22,017 nucleotides of DNA from Candidatus Latescibacterota bacterium. GTDB taxonomy: Bacteria > Latescibacterota > UBA2968 > UBA8231. The notes under the pieces are model-generated. The model was not told the DNA's origin and did not search any database. It worked only from the letters and a program-made list of their open reading frames with translations. The translations under genes were made by a program, and so were the position numbers. This document shows positions 8,683 through 18,101 of the stretch, in pieces (the first letter of the stretch is position 1; every line of letters begins with the position of its first letter). The DNA lies in contig CBDBIJ010000092.1 in the NCBI GenBank assembly GCA_965205655.1, positions 1-22,017 of the forward strand, given 5' to 3'.

Positions 8683-9459
8683 TCAGACTCGCCTATCGCA
8701 GCATTCAAAAGCCTGCCGCAGCGCCGGGACCACCTCACCTTTGGGCCGGAACTCGTGACCGACATACCCCGAATAACCCGTCGCCTCGATCGCCGCGCAG
8801 ATCGCCGCGTAGTTCAGTTCCTGCCGATCGTCCAGATCGTTACGGCCCGGATTGCCGGCCGTGTGAAAATGGCCGAGCGCCCCAATGTTCTCACCGATGG
8901 TGCGGATCACGTCGCCTTCCATGATCTGCATGTGGTAGATATCGTACAAGAGCTTGACTCGCGGGCTGCCCACCCGCTCTACTACCTCCACGCCCCAGAC
9001 CGTGCTGTCGCACTGATAGCCCTCGTGGTCGATCTTGGAGTTGAGCAGCTCCAGGTTCAGGTTGACCCCTTTTTCCTCGGCGTAGGGCGCGACGCGGCGC
9101 AGTATGTTGGCCGTGTTCTCCAGTGCCTCCTCTTCCTCCATGCCCTCGACCCGGTTGCCGCTGAAGCAAATCAGCCCCACCACGCCGCGCGTCGAGGCGA
9201 TATCGATCGACGCACGCAACTCCGCCTCGATGCGCTCGTGGTTTTCGGGTTTGTTGAGCCCGTCGGGCAGTGAGTCGTGGCCGGCCATGCTGACGAGCTT
9301 CAGTCCGTGCTCGGCGGCGGCGGAGCACAGCGCTTCGAAATCCGGGTCGCGGCCCCAGATCTCGACGGCTGGATAGCCGATGGCGGCGATTTCCCGGAGC
9401 AATTCGCCCCGATCCATCGGCGGCAGGATCGGGAGGCATACGGATTGCCTTATCGGCAT
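8683..9459 (-). CDS. Hydroxypyruvate isomerase-like TIM-barrel protein (AP_endonuc_2 family)
   Basis: 'ICFSGNR', 'LELLNSKIDH', 'KLLYDIYHMQIMEGD', 'HFHTAGNPGR', 'GYVGHEF'. Confidence 0.92.
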   Translation of the reverse strand: MPIRQSVCLPILPPMDRGELLREIAAIGYPAVEIWGRDPDFEALCSAAAEHGLKLVSMAGHDSLPDGLNKPENHERIEAELRASIDIASTRGVVGLICFSGNRVEGMEEEEALENTANILRRVAPYAEEKGVNLNLELLNSKIDHEGYQCDSTVWGVEVVERVGSPRVKLLYDIYHMQIMEGDVIRTIGENIGALGHFHTAGNPGRNDLDDRQELNYAAICAAIEATGYSGYVGHEFRPKGEVVPALRQAFECCDRRV

Positions 9460-9470
9460 GGCTTGCTCCC

Positions 9471-10475
9471 TTATGTTTTCAGCCGGCTCCAGTCGAAGAC
9501 CACCCCGATTGTCTCCGCCCGGCTCTCCAGCAACCGGGCATAGACTTCAGGCGCCTCCTGCGGCGCGTGACGCGAAGTGATCAAGTCCTCGACCCGCATC
9601 TGCCCGCGCTCTATATAATTGTGGAAAAGTTCGATCTGCCGCCGGGCGTCCCAGCCCTCGACATGCGGTGGCAAAGCCTCGTTGTGGCTGCCGCGCACGA
9701 TGATCTGCCGGGTGATTAGGTCGGCGTTCAGCACCTGCTTGCTGGGGTGCGGCGAGTCGCCGATAAGCATGAGGGTGCCGAAGTTCCGCACCAGTTTCAG
9801 CGCCAGTGGAAAAACCGCGTAGTGTCCGGTGGCGTCGAAGGCCACATCGGCAAGGGCGCCGCCCGTATGCTCCTCGACGAAGGGCACTGCGTCTGCGGCG
9901 CTGCCGGCGAACACCTGCGTGGCCCCGTGGGCGCGGGCCACCTGCAGGCGGCTTTCGACCATGTCGATCACCATCACCTCCGCCGCTCCCATCAGCCGCG
10001 TGTATTGGGTAAGCAACTGACCCAGCGGACCAGCGCCGACGATAGCCACCCGCGCGCCCATCCTCAACTCGGCCCGGCGCACGCCCGTCTGAGCGATCGT
10101 CGCCAGCTTGGACCAGGCCGCGCTCTCGTCGGCAACGCCATCGGGAACCTTGACTGCTCTGCCGCTCACCGCGGCATACTGCCGATGCGGTGACGAACTG
10201 AAGACGCGGTCCCCGATATAATACCCTTCGGCGCCGGCGCCAAGCGCCACAACTTCGCCCACATTGCTATAGCCCAGATAGAAAGGATACTTCACCCAGC
10301 CGGCCCAGTGCGTCCCCTCGTCCATTTCGCTGCGATAACAAATGCATTCGGTCCCGGTGCTGATCAGACTCGTGCGCGTGCGCACAAGCAGCCCGCCCGG
10401 CGGCGCCTCGGGCGCCTGCTCGCGCAAGAGCTCAACCCTCTCCTTACCGGTTAAAACGATGTTGGCCGATTCCAT
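9471..10475 (-). CDS. Medium-chain dehydrogenase/reductase (Zn-ADH superfamily, BchC-like subgroup)
   Basis: 'ISTGTE', 'GYSNVGEV', Rossmann GAGPLG. GGAG RBS favours ATG 10475; the alternative start is 10487. Confidence 0.9.
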   Translation of the reverse strand: MESANIVLTGKERVELLREQAPEAPPGGLLVRTRTSLISTGTECICYRSEMDEGTHWAGWVKYPFYLGYSNVGEVVALGAGAEGYYIGDRVFSSSPHRQYAAVSGRAVKVPDGVADESAAWSKLATIAQTGVRRAELRMGARVAIVGAGPLGQLLTQYTRLMGAAEVMVIDMVESRLQVARAHGATQVFAGSAADAVPFVEEHTGGALADVAFDATGHYAVFPLALKLVRNFGTLMLIGDSPHPSKQVLNADLITRQIIVRGSHNEALPPHVEGWDARRQIELFHNYIERGQMRVEDLITSRHAPQEAPEVYARLLESRAETIGVVFDWSRLKT

Positions 10476-10505
10476 GGCTGTCTCCATCGTGGAAGACTTC
10501 AGTCG

Positions 10506-11246
10506 TTATCGTGTGTTGGGGCTGAGCTCCGCCACCGTTAGCCTATCCGCCACGCCGTGCTTTTCGATGATGCCCGCCACCAGGCCGCTGGCCTTGGCTT
10601 CCTCGACGAAGTTGCGCAGGAACTCGGCGGCGACCTCGCGGTCCGGCTTCGTGCCTATGGCCTGCTGCACCGCAGTAAACTGTCCAGCGAGGATGCGCGC
10701 GCCGGGTAGCTTTTCTACATCTTCGATCAGCCGGGCTCGCAGACCCGCCAGGGCATCCAGGCGCTGTTCCACGAACATGTCGAACGAAGCGTCGATGCCT
10801 TCCGTCTTGACCAACTCCGCATGCTCAATGTTGTCGTTCAGCCACAACCCATAGGCGCTGCGCCAGTAGACTGCGATGCGCACCCCTTCGCGGTCTACCT
10901 CGTCGACAGATTGGATCGGCGAACCGGCCGCTACCAGGTAGGTGGCTTCGATCTCCGCGTAAGCCGCACTGAAGGCGATCGTTTTCGCCCGCTCTGGCTC
11001 GGCGCCGATATTGCCGATATCCCAGATGTCCTCGACGGCAGCATCCGCCAACTCGCCCGGCGTGTCGAAGGTTATGAACTTCACCGCGACGCCCAGGCGA
11101 TCCGCCACCGCGCGGGCCATATCCGGGGAGACGCCTTGCGGATCGCCCTCCGGGGTCTTGCCGGTGACCAGCAGGAAGTTCGAAAGATTGATGCCGGCCC
11201 GGAGGACGCCGGTCGGTGCGAGTTCGGCACGCGCTTGTTCGAGCAT
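10506..11246 (-). CDS. Family-3-type solute-binding protein (PBP2), no signal peptide evident
   Basis: 'ELAPTGVLRAGINLSN', 'PERAKTIAFSAAYAEIEATYLV', 'FVEEAKASG'. Recognisable family sequence starts at ATG 11246. Confidence 0.85.
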   Translation of the reverse strand: MLEQARAELAPTGVLRAGINLSNFLLVTGKTPEGDPQGVSPDMARAVADRLGVAVKFITFDTPGELADAAVEDIWDIGNIGAEPERAKTIAFSAAYAEIEATYLVAAGSPIQSVDEVDREGVRIAVYWRSAYGLWLNDNIEHAELVKTEGIDASFDMFVEQRLDALAGLRARLIEDVEKLPGARILAGQFTAVQQAIGTKPDREVAAEFLRNFVEEAKASGLVAGIIEKHGVADRLTVAELSPNTR

Positions 11247-11513
11247 GAGAATCCTATTTTTAATTTGTAGTGGAGGGGTTGGAACGAGTCGGCTCGACCT
11301 CGTACTCAAGTTAGTATGATTCGACAATCGGGCCGTGTCGAGGGGATGCACCAGAAAGGCGGTGAGTCGGTCTGTTCGGTGGCTGCGCCTTTTTCGCTCT
11401 TAGCCCAGAAAGGGCTTGATCTTTCAAACGCCACTGAGATCTTGTGCCGGGAAACAGGCTGTCAACCTTCGGCCAGGTCGGATCTTGGTAATCGGAACTC
11501 AGCGGAAAGGACC

Positions 11514-12344
11514 GTGACGAATAGATCTCTAACTATTACCTGCGTGACAATTCTGTTGGCTGCTGCCCCTGGCTTCGCTCGTGGCAAATTTGAACGGACG
11601 TCCCCGTACAGAGGGCTCTACGGAGTAGTAAACTTCAACCCGGTCGTCGGCATCAGTGCCATCAGGACGATCAAACTTCAGATCAGCTTTCGTTATTTGG
11701 CGGATGATCGAGAGGACATCGACGTCTTTTTCGGATACACGATGCGGAGTTTCTGGGCGATTGACCAGGGATCTCATCCGTTTAAGGAGCTGGTGTTCAA
11801 CCCGGAGGCATGGGTTCAGTGGTCGGCCAAGGATTCTGAGGACACGGAATGGCGCGCCGGCATCGAGCACGAGTCAAACGGTCTTGCCGGAGCCGAATCA
11901 CGCGGATGGAACAAGATCTACATCGAAGCTAGTGACGGATGGCGCTCAGACTCGGAGAATTGGAGTTCACGACATGCTCTCAAGCTGTGGCGCGCCTTCA
12001 TGGTGTCCAGCAAGACAGCACACATGGTGGAACATCATGCCGTTTTCGGAAACTTCGGCTACGACGCGACGGCAGACCTGGTGGAAGAGGGTGCCTTCAA
12101 GAATGTACCCGGCAGGTTCATCGGCTCGGTGCGAGTCAAAAAATGGCCGATCCCTACAGAGAAACGGCCCGGGTTCCTGGAGTTCGATCTACGGTCGAGA
12201 TGGAAGAACGCCTTCTGGCACGCGCAGATCTTCCGTGGCTATGGGGAGCGACTCATCCCGTCCAAGACCAACCACCCCTTGATTTACCCGAAGGACGGCT
12301 ACCGCCGATTGAAGCCCAAACTCGGACTCAGGCTGCTGCAATAG
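11514..12344 (+). CDS. Outer-membrane phospholipase A1 (OMPLA/PldA family), divergent
   Basis: Signal peptide from GTG 11514; 'KLQISF', 'FGYTMRSFW', 'PFKELVFNPE', catalytic 'EHESNG', 'SRGWNKIY', 'QIFRGYGE'. Confidence 0.85.
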   Translation: MTNRSLTITCVTILLAAAPGFARGKFERTSPYRGLYGVVNFNPVVGISAIRTIKLQISFRYLADDREDIDVFFGYTMRSFWAIDQGSHPFKELVFNPEAWVQWSAKDSEDTEWRAGIEHESNGLAGAESRGWNKIYIEASDGWRSDSENWSSRHALKLWRAFMVSSKTAHMVEHHAVFGNFGYDATADLVEEGAFKNVPGRFIGSVRVKKWPIPTEKRPGFLEFDLRSRWKNAFWHAQIFRGYGERLIPSKTNHPLIYPKDGYRRLKPKLGLRLLQ

Positions 12345-12368
12345 CCACCTCGACGTGGCGGGACGAGT

Positions 12369-12776
12369 GTGGATGGGATGATCAGTTTTGAGGCCGCGCC
12401 CGACGCCGATGCCATAATCCGAGGTTCCCAGGCGCTGAGCGCACACAACCCGGCGGCCGCGGAAGTAACGAAGCCCACCGAATTACACGCACCAGAGGTG
12501 GCCGTACCGAAGGCAGGTAAGCAGACCCTCGACTCGGCCCCCTTCAACTCTGTCTTGATGAAGCACCTGAAGCAGGGACGGATCGATTTCGCTGGCCTGC
12601 ACGCCGACTCGGCGGCGACGGCGCAGTTGCAGGACTACGTTGAGGCCATCGCCGGCATGCCAGAGTCAGAGCCCCTGTCCTCGTGGATCAACACCTACAA
12701 TGCTCTGGTCGTCCACGCCGTCCTCGAGCGCTACCCGCTGCAGAGCGTGAAGGATGCGGAGGGCGTCTGCGCCTGA
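12369..12776 (+). pseudogene. Truncated DUF547-family protein
   Basis: 'GRIDFAGL' and 'WINTYNALVV...YP..SVKD' are present, but the ORF stops before the usual C-terminal 'RIHFA.NCAS..CP' region. Start uncertain. Confidence 0.7.
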
Positions 12777-12779
12777 CTA

Positions 12780-13956
12780 GTGTATTGTCGTATAAATAAC
12801 TTGTACTAGTACAGTTGTGTGGTTAAGTTTCATCCAGACCTATTCCACAAACAAGGAACGGAGGAAACTCATGCCACGCGGACGCTTTCTTCCACCTCTC
12901 GAAATGACGGGGCAAACTCGGCAGCAATTGGAATCAATGGCCAAATCTCGATCCCTGCCGCACGGTTTGGTGCGACGCGCCGAGATCGTGTTGCTGGCCG
13001 CCGAGGGATGGCCCAACAAGGCCATCGGCGAAGCTGTGGGGCTGTCACAAGTGACCGTCGGCAAGTGGCGTCGTCGCTTCGTGGAAAACGGCCTCAACGG
13101 GTTGTACGACGAGCTGCGACCCGGTGCGCCCCGATCGATCTCGGACGAACAAGTGGCCGAGGTGGTATACAAGACACTGAAGACCAAGCCGGAGGACAAA
13201 ACCCAGTGGACGGTGCGCTCCATGGGCGAGGAGACCGGCCTGACCAAGGACGCGGTCCATCGCATCTGGCGCACATTCGGCTTACAGCCGCACCGGACCC
13301 AGAATTTCAAGCTGTCCACTGATCCTTTCTTCGTGGATAAGGTGCGCGATGTTGTGGGCTTGTATCTCAACCCGCCCGACCATGCCGTCGTCCTGTGCGT
13401 TGACGAGAAGAGCCAAGTGCAGGCTCTGGAGCGCAGTCAGCCGTTGCTGCCGCTGGGCCTGGGCTACGCGGAGGGCGTCACCCACGACTACAAGCGACAC
13501 GGCACCACAACGCTGTTTGCCGCTCTGGATGTGGCCACCGGTGAAGTCCTGACTCAGTGCAAGCCTCGTCATCGCCATCAGGAGTTTTTGCAGTTCCTAC
13601 GCCATATCGACGCGAACGTGCCTGCGGATCTGGACGTTCACTTGATCGTCGACAACTACGGCACCCACAAGTACGCCAGCGTCAAGAAGTGGTTGGCCAG
13701 CCGGCCCCGATTCCACCTCCACTTTACTCCGACCTACGCCTCGTGGCTCAACCAGGTCGAGATCTGGTTCAACATCATCACGCGGCGAGCCATCCGGCGT
13801 GGCTCATTCCGCAAGGTCAAAGAGCTCATTCAGAGGATCGAGCGCTACACCGACAAATGGAACGCCAACGCCCATCCCTTTGGGTGGACGGCCACGGCCG
13901 ACTCGATCCTTGCCAAGGTCAAACGAATATGTCACTGTATTTCTGCGACGGAACAC
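12780..13956 (+). mobile_element. IS630-family insertion sequence, apparently intact
   Basis: TA duplication at 12778-79 and 13957-58 within a CTAG target; imperfect TIRs GTGTATTGTCGTATAAATA / GTGTTCCGTCGCAGAAATA. Confidence 0.93.
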
Positions 13957-13959
13957 TAG
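12871..13959 (+). CDS. IS630-family transposase (362 aa)
   Basis: GGAGG RBS; HTH N-terminus; DDE residues in VDEKS, IVDNY and WLNQVE. The stop TAG uses the target TA. Confidence 0.95.
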   Translation: MPRGRFLPPLEMTGQTRQQLESMAKSRSLPHGLVRRAEIVLLAAEGWPNKAIGEAVGLSQVTVGKWRRRFVENGLNGLYDELRPGAPRSISDEQVAEVVYKTLKTKPEDKTQWTVRSMGEETGLTKDAVHRIWRTFGLQPHRTQNFKLSTDPFFVDKVRDVVGLYLNPPDHAVVLCVDEKSQVQALERSQPLLPLGLGYAEGVTHDYKRHGTTTLFAALDVATGEVLTQCKPRHRHQEFLQFLRHIDANVPADLDVHLIVDNYGTHKYASVKKWLASRPRFHLHFTPTYASWLNQVEIWFNIITRRAIRRGSFRKVKELIQRIERYTDKWNANAHPFGWTATADSILAKVKRICHCISATEH

Positions 13960-14350
13960 CTACTCGCGAATTGGAGAGTAAAGAAGACTACAAGCGTCAG
14001 GTACGCCGAAGACAAAGCAGGAAAACGCCCATGATATAAACAACATATTCCGCACAAGCGCGCCTCTAGAGACGATTCGTTCCTCACCTTCGAAGCGTGA
14101 TCGCTCCAATGCCTCCTCTCGCGTAAGTTGACCGCCAGCCTTCTGCGCTGCCTTTATGACGTCGTTTATGTGTTCATTGAACTCGTTTGCTTTGCGAATA
14201 TGCTTGGCGACTTCGAAATTGCGGGTCGCCGTGACCAAGTAGATGGCGAACCATACAATCGCAAGTGAAAAGAATGAGACGCTCATGGCCAGTGCATGTG
14301 GATCAATCAATTGGCCGCGCAAGCGTTCTGCTGCTCCGATCACGAGCAGC
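13960..14350 (-). pseudogene. Small AT-richer membrane protein gene interrupted at its 5' end by an IS256-family element
   Basis: Two hydrophobic segments; frame open up to the IS end at 14351. Candidate RBS and ATG lie on the far side of the IS (17165-17180). Possible 3' frameshift, since an alternative frame reads [17 protein letters not shown]. Confidence 0.5.
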
Positions 14351-14493
14351 GCTTTGTCCCGATCTTAGTTGAAACAGCACAGGCTCCAATCGTTACGTTT
14401 TGATACGAGAAGCCCGTTGGAAGAAGTCTCGCATCGGTAACAAAAGGAGCCTGCAATGAGCAAGCTAGTAGCACGGAAGAAGGGCGTCAAACG

Positions 14494-15869
14494 GAGCTAG
14501 GGTCAAATGGTGTGTAAACGACTCAGGCGGCGATCTTCTTCCTTTGCGCGATGGGTGATCCGTTTTCGTAGCACTCCCCGGCGTAGACGTCAGCCATGAG
14601 ATGCGGTGCATTGAGTCGCCGGAATCGTTTCTCGGCCACCATCAGTACCCGCCAAATGAGGGCGGTGGCATTGGCCACCTTCCTGTATCGTTTGGCCGCA
14701 TTGGTTCGCAACCGTACCGAAGCGAAGGGACTTTCGACGACGTTGGTGGTGCGCAGGTGTTGCCAGTGGGCCTCGGGAAAGTCGTAGAATGTCACCATAC
14801 GGTCCCAATCGCGCTCAAGGATATCGACGGCGTCTGGACACTCGCGGCGAAACCGTTTGGCGAATTGATCGCGACGTTTCGTCGCTTCCTGACGGGTCGG
14901 CGCGTACGGGATCTGTGTCAGCAGGTGCCGCCCTTCGACCTGCACGCGTTTTGGCAGCTTATCCAGCACGTTCAGGATGCGGTGATTCCAGCATCGCTGT
15001 TCAGCCGTCTCCGGCCAGACCTCTGCCAGGGCCGCCCAGATACCCAGGTGCCCATCCGCCACCAACAACTTCGCCACGCTCAGTCCGCGGTCACGCAGAT
15101 CGCGCAGTACGCCCGCCCACGACTCTGTCGATTCGCGATAGCCCGGGACAATCGTCAGGACTTCTTTGCGCCCATCGCTCATCGCGCCGATGACCACCAG
15201 GAGAGCGGCTTTTTGCTTCTCAAGACCGGCTTTGACGTAGATCCCGTCCGCCCAGGCGTAGACGAGCTCGCGGTCATCCAGTCGTCGGCTGCGCCAGGCG
15301 TTGTATTCGACGATCCACTTCTCACGCAAACGAGCGATCGAGGACGCCGACAAAGGCGCTCCCTTGCCCAGCAGGCCGCGCAGCGCCAGCTCGAAGTCGC
15401 CCTGAGACAAACCGTGCAGGTAAAGCTCTGGCAGCAGCTGACCTGTTTCTTGGGTGCGCCGGGCGAACAGCGGCAGTACCGCACTCTCAAATCGCTCTTC
15501 CAGACCCCGCACCCGAGGGCGTTTCACCTCGATCGTGCCCGAGGTCAAGGACAGTCGCCGCCGCTTCCCGTACCCATTGCGGTAGCCGCCGGCTGCGTCC
15601 AACGGTGCCTGTCGCTCGTACCGTGACCGTCCCAGCGCATGGGTGACTTCTTCATCCAGAACCGACTGCATCAGCGACTGAATCTGCGAGCGTGTCCACT
15701 CTTCCAGCGTTTCGAACGTGGGCATGGACATTTCCGTCGTGCTCGGCTTAGGTTGTGCCATGGCGATTCTCCTCTTCCTGCCGGGATAGCCCCGGCGTTT
15801 GTGATGGCTAATTACAAAGGAAGGGTAGGATCGCCGTCTGTCTATTTCCACACCTCCTGATTATAGCTC
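14494..15869 (-). mobile_element. IS256-family element A (1376 bp), intact
   Basis: TIRs GAGCTATAATCAGGAGGTGTGGAAA / GAGCTAGGGTCAAATGGTGTGTAAA; perfect 8-bp TSD GTCAAACG at 14486-14493 and 15870-15877. Confidence 0.95.
14523..15761 (-). CDS. IS256-family (Mutator-type) transposase A (412 aa)
   Basis: GAGGAG RBS before ATG 15761; 'GYRNGY', 'WADGIY', 'VADGHLG', 'QRCWNH', 'RTTNVVES'. Confidence 0.95.
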   Translation of the reverse strand: MAQPKPSTTEMSMPTFETLEEWTRSQIQSLMQSVLDEEVTHALGRSRYERQAPLDAAGGYRNGYGKRRRLSLTSGTIEVKRPRVRGLEERFESAVLPLFARRTQETGQLLPELYLHGLSQGDFELALRGLLGKGAPLSASSIARLREKWIVEYNAWRSRRLDDRELVYAWADGIYVKAGLEKQKAALLVVIGAMSDGRKEVLTIVPGYRESTESWAGVLRDLRDRGLSVAKLLVADGHLGIWAALAEVWPETAEQRCWNHRILNVLDKLPKRVQVEGRHLLTQIPYAPTRQEATKRRDQFAKRFRRECPDAVDILERDWDRMVTFYDFPEAHWQHLRTTNVVESPFASVRLRTNAAKRYRKVANATALIWRVLMVAEKRFRRLNAPHLMADVYAGECYENGSPIAQRKKIAA

Positions 15870-17241
15870 GTCAAACGAACGGTGAGCATCGGCAAGGTAG
15901 CACCCGAGACTGCAGAGCAAGTAGAGGACCTGGATGGCCGGATCGAGGCGATCCAATGGCTGATTCCCTTGGGGCTGCAGGCGGTCGCGGAGGAGCTGCA
16001 AAGAGCGGTCGTTGAGTTGGCTGGGCCGCGGTATCAGCGCAAGGGGTCGGATCAGCCGTTACGCCGCTGGGGGTCTCAGCTCGGGTCGGTGTACCTGGCC
16101 GACCAGAAACTACCCGTCGATGTGCCGCGGGTGCGCAACGTGGCCAACCATACCGAGGTCCCGCTGGATGTTTACCAGGCACTGCAGACGCCTCGACAGA
16201 TGGACGAAGGTCTGCTGTTGCGGATGCTGAAGGGCATCGCCACGCGCAACTACGAGGCCTGCGCTGAGGCCGTACCCGAGGCCTTTGGTCTGTCATCCTC
16301 ATCGGTGTCCCGTCGTTACGTGAAAGGCACGGCTCGAAAGCTGGCTGAATTCCAGGAGCGATCCCTGGAAGGATATGATCTGGTGGCGCTATTCCTCGAC
16401 GGCAAGAGCTTCGCGGACGAGGAGATCATCATCGCCCTGGGCGTCACCCTCGACGGACAGAAGATTCCTCTTGGCTTCGTGCAGGCGGCCACGGAAAACG
16501 AGCGCGTCTGCCGTCGCTTCCTGTCCGATCTGGTCGAACGCGGTATGCAGTACGAAGCCGGACTGTTGGTCGTCATCGACGGCGCCAAGGGGCTTTACAA
16601 GGCGGTGATGTCGGTGCTCAAAGGACATGCCTGCGTGCAGCGCTGCCAGTATCACAAGCGCCAGAACGTCGTGTCGTATCTGTCCAAGAGCGAGCAGTCC
16701 GGTATGGGTCGCAAGATGGAGGCGGCCTACGGCAAACCGAGATACGAGGCGGCCAAGGCGGCACTGGACGCGCTCAAACCGGGCTTGAAGTTGATGAATC
16801 AGTCCGCCCTACACAGCCTCGAGGAAGGCATGGAAGAGACCCTCACACTCCATCGGTTGGGACTGACGCCGATGCTCAAGGATTCCTTCCGCACCACCAA
16901 CTGCATCGAGAACGTCAACAGTCTCCTGGAGCAGCTCACACACAACGTGCGACGCTGGACCAACTCATCACAGCGTCACCGTTGGGTAGCCACGGCACTG
17001 CTCGACATCGAACCACGTCTGCGCAGGGTCAAGGGCTATCGCCATCTGCCGATGCTCCGGCAAGCCATACAAGCCGAACTCGGCATCAAACAGCTCGCGA
17101 TGATGGGCTGACACACTCACCAGAGCCTGTGATTTGTTTCAACTGAAACTGGGCCTTGACCGACCATCGTCATGTCCTCCACAGATGTCTATCGAGCAAC
17201 TTCACAGCACCAACGCCTCTCTTTTCTGTGAATCCCCGATG

Positions 17242-17269
17242 TTGTCAACACGGTCTTGTCAACACGGTC
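17242..17269. repeat. Exact 14-bp tandem duplication TTGTCAACACGGTC x2
   Basis: 17242-17255 is identical to 17256-17269. Confidence 0.95.
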
Positions 17270-17364
17270 AATGAAGCCCGAGTCCGGGTTGGTACCAAAC
17301 AAAATCATTGCCTTTTCGCACTTCGAGATTGAGGCCACGTTACTGAATGTGAGGCGGGCAGCGC

Positions 17365-17382
17365 ATCCGTACTACTACGGAT
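17365..17382. promoter_or_regulatory. Perfect palindrome ATCCGTA-ctac-TACGGAT (putative operator)
   Basis: 17/18 identical to the reverse complement of 8624-8641; intergenic. Confidence 0.5.
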
Positions 17383-17499
17383 TCTGCCGATGACGCAAAT
17401 ATACTCCAGGGCGTCGCCTCGGAGCAGACAGCTCAAACGAACTCTGGATAAATCGCGAGCCGCAACCCTTCCCTCGTTGCAGTTTCCTGAGCTGCGAAG

Positions 17500-18100
17500 C
17501 TACTTCAGGAGAAGCATCTTCCTCACGAAGAAACGATCGGGAACCTGCAGCCGTACCAGATAGAGACCGGTAGCCATCGGCTGTCCGTCCGGTCCCAAGC
17601 CATCCCATTCGAGTCTGTGTTCTCCAGGGGATAGCCTGCCGGACAAGAGGCTCCTCACCTTTGCGCCTGTAATGTCGAAAACAGCCACCTCGACGAACTG
17701 CTCTTGGTGTAGCTGCAAAGTAATGACCGTACTCTGGTTGAATGGATTCGGGTAGTTCTGAGCGAGGTACGTCGCTTGCGGTAGACGAGAGCGCAGCTCC
17801 TCTGATACAGCGGTACGGTGCGGTATTCGATAGACATGAGCGTCGAAGGGCCCAAAGCTGTCCGTCAGCAGTCCTGAGGGACAGTCCAGTTGCCGGTCTT
17901 CGAACATCACGAATACACAGGGGTTGGGCGGTTTCAATCCTCTGGTTATTGATCCTAATCCGCTGAACTTCACGGACGAATGCGTCCTGGTTGCCGACCG
18001 ATTTGCAGCGATTATGTAATCGCTGCCTTTGTAACGACGAACGATGTACTCGATGTCGTCTGCGATGTTGACGGTCACTGACAGCGGGGACGGGGCAGCG
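17500..18100 (-). pseudogene. 3' fragment of a secreted protein with an FlgD-Ig / secretion-sorting-like C-terminal domain
   Basis: 'LAQNYPNPFNQST', 'VFDITGAKVRSL', 'WDG', 'TGLYLVRL', 'RKMLLLK'. The frame is open up to the IS end near 18101; no signal peptide or start. Confidence 0.8.
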
Positions 18101-18101
18101 G

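Larger units (their letters stand above)
14456..17111 (+). pseudogene. IS256-family transposase B, split after codon 12 by element A
   Basis: AAGGAG-ATG 14456 gives MSKLVARKKGVKR, which joins in frame to TVSIGK... (15879 onward) once element A and one TSD copy are removed. Motifs LDGK, IDGAKG, QRCQYHK, TTNCIE. Confidence 0.88.
14351..17160 (+). mobile_element. IS256-family element B (about 1.43 kb), interrupted by element A
   Basis: Ends GCTTTGTCCCGATCTTAGTTGAAACA (14351) and GTCAAGGCCCAGTTTCAGTTGAAACA (reverse complement, ending 17160). Flanks CGAGCAGC / CGACCATC match 6/8. Termini are uncertain by 1 nt. Confidence 0.8.

Noticed and set aside
11321..11416. Cluster of small hairpins between divergent genes, including AAAGGCG/CGCCTTT followed by a T run
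   Set aside because: No recognisable riboswitch or ncRNA motif; the stems are short and cannot be distinguished from chance without covariation data.
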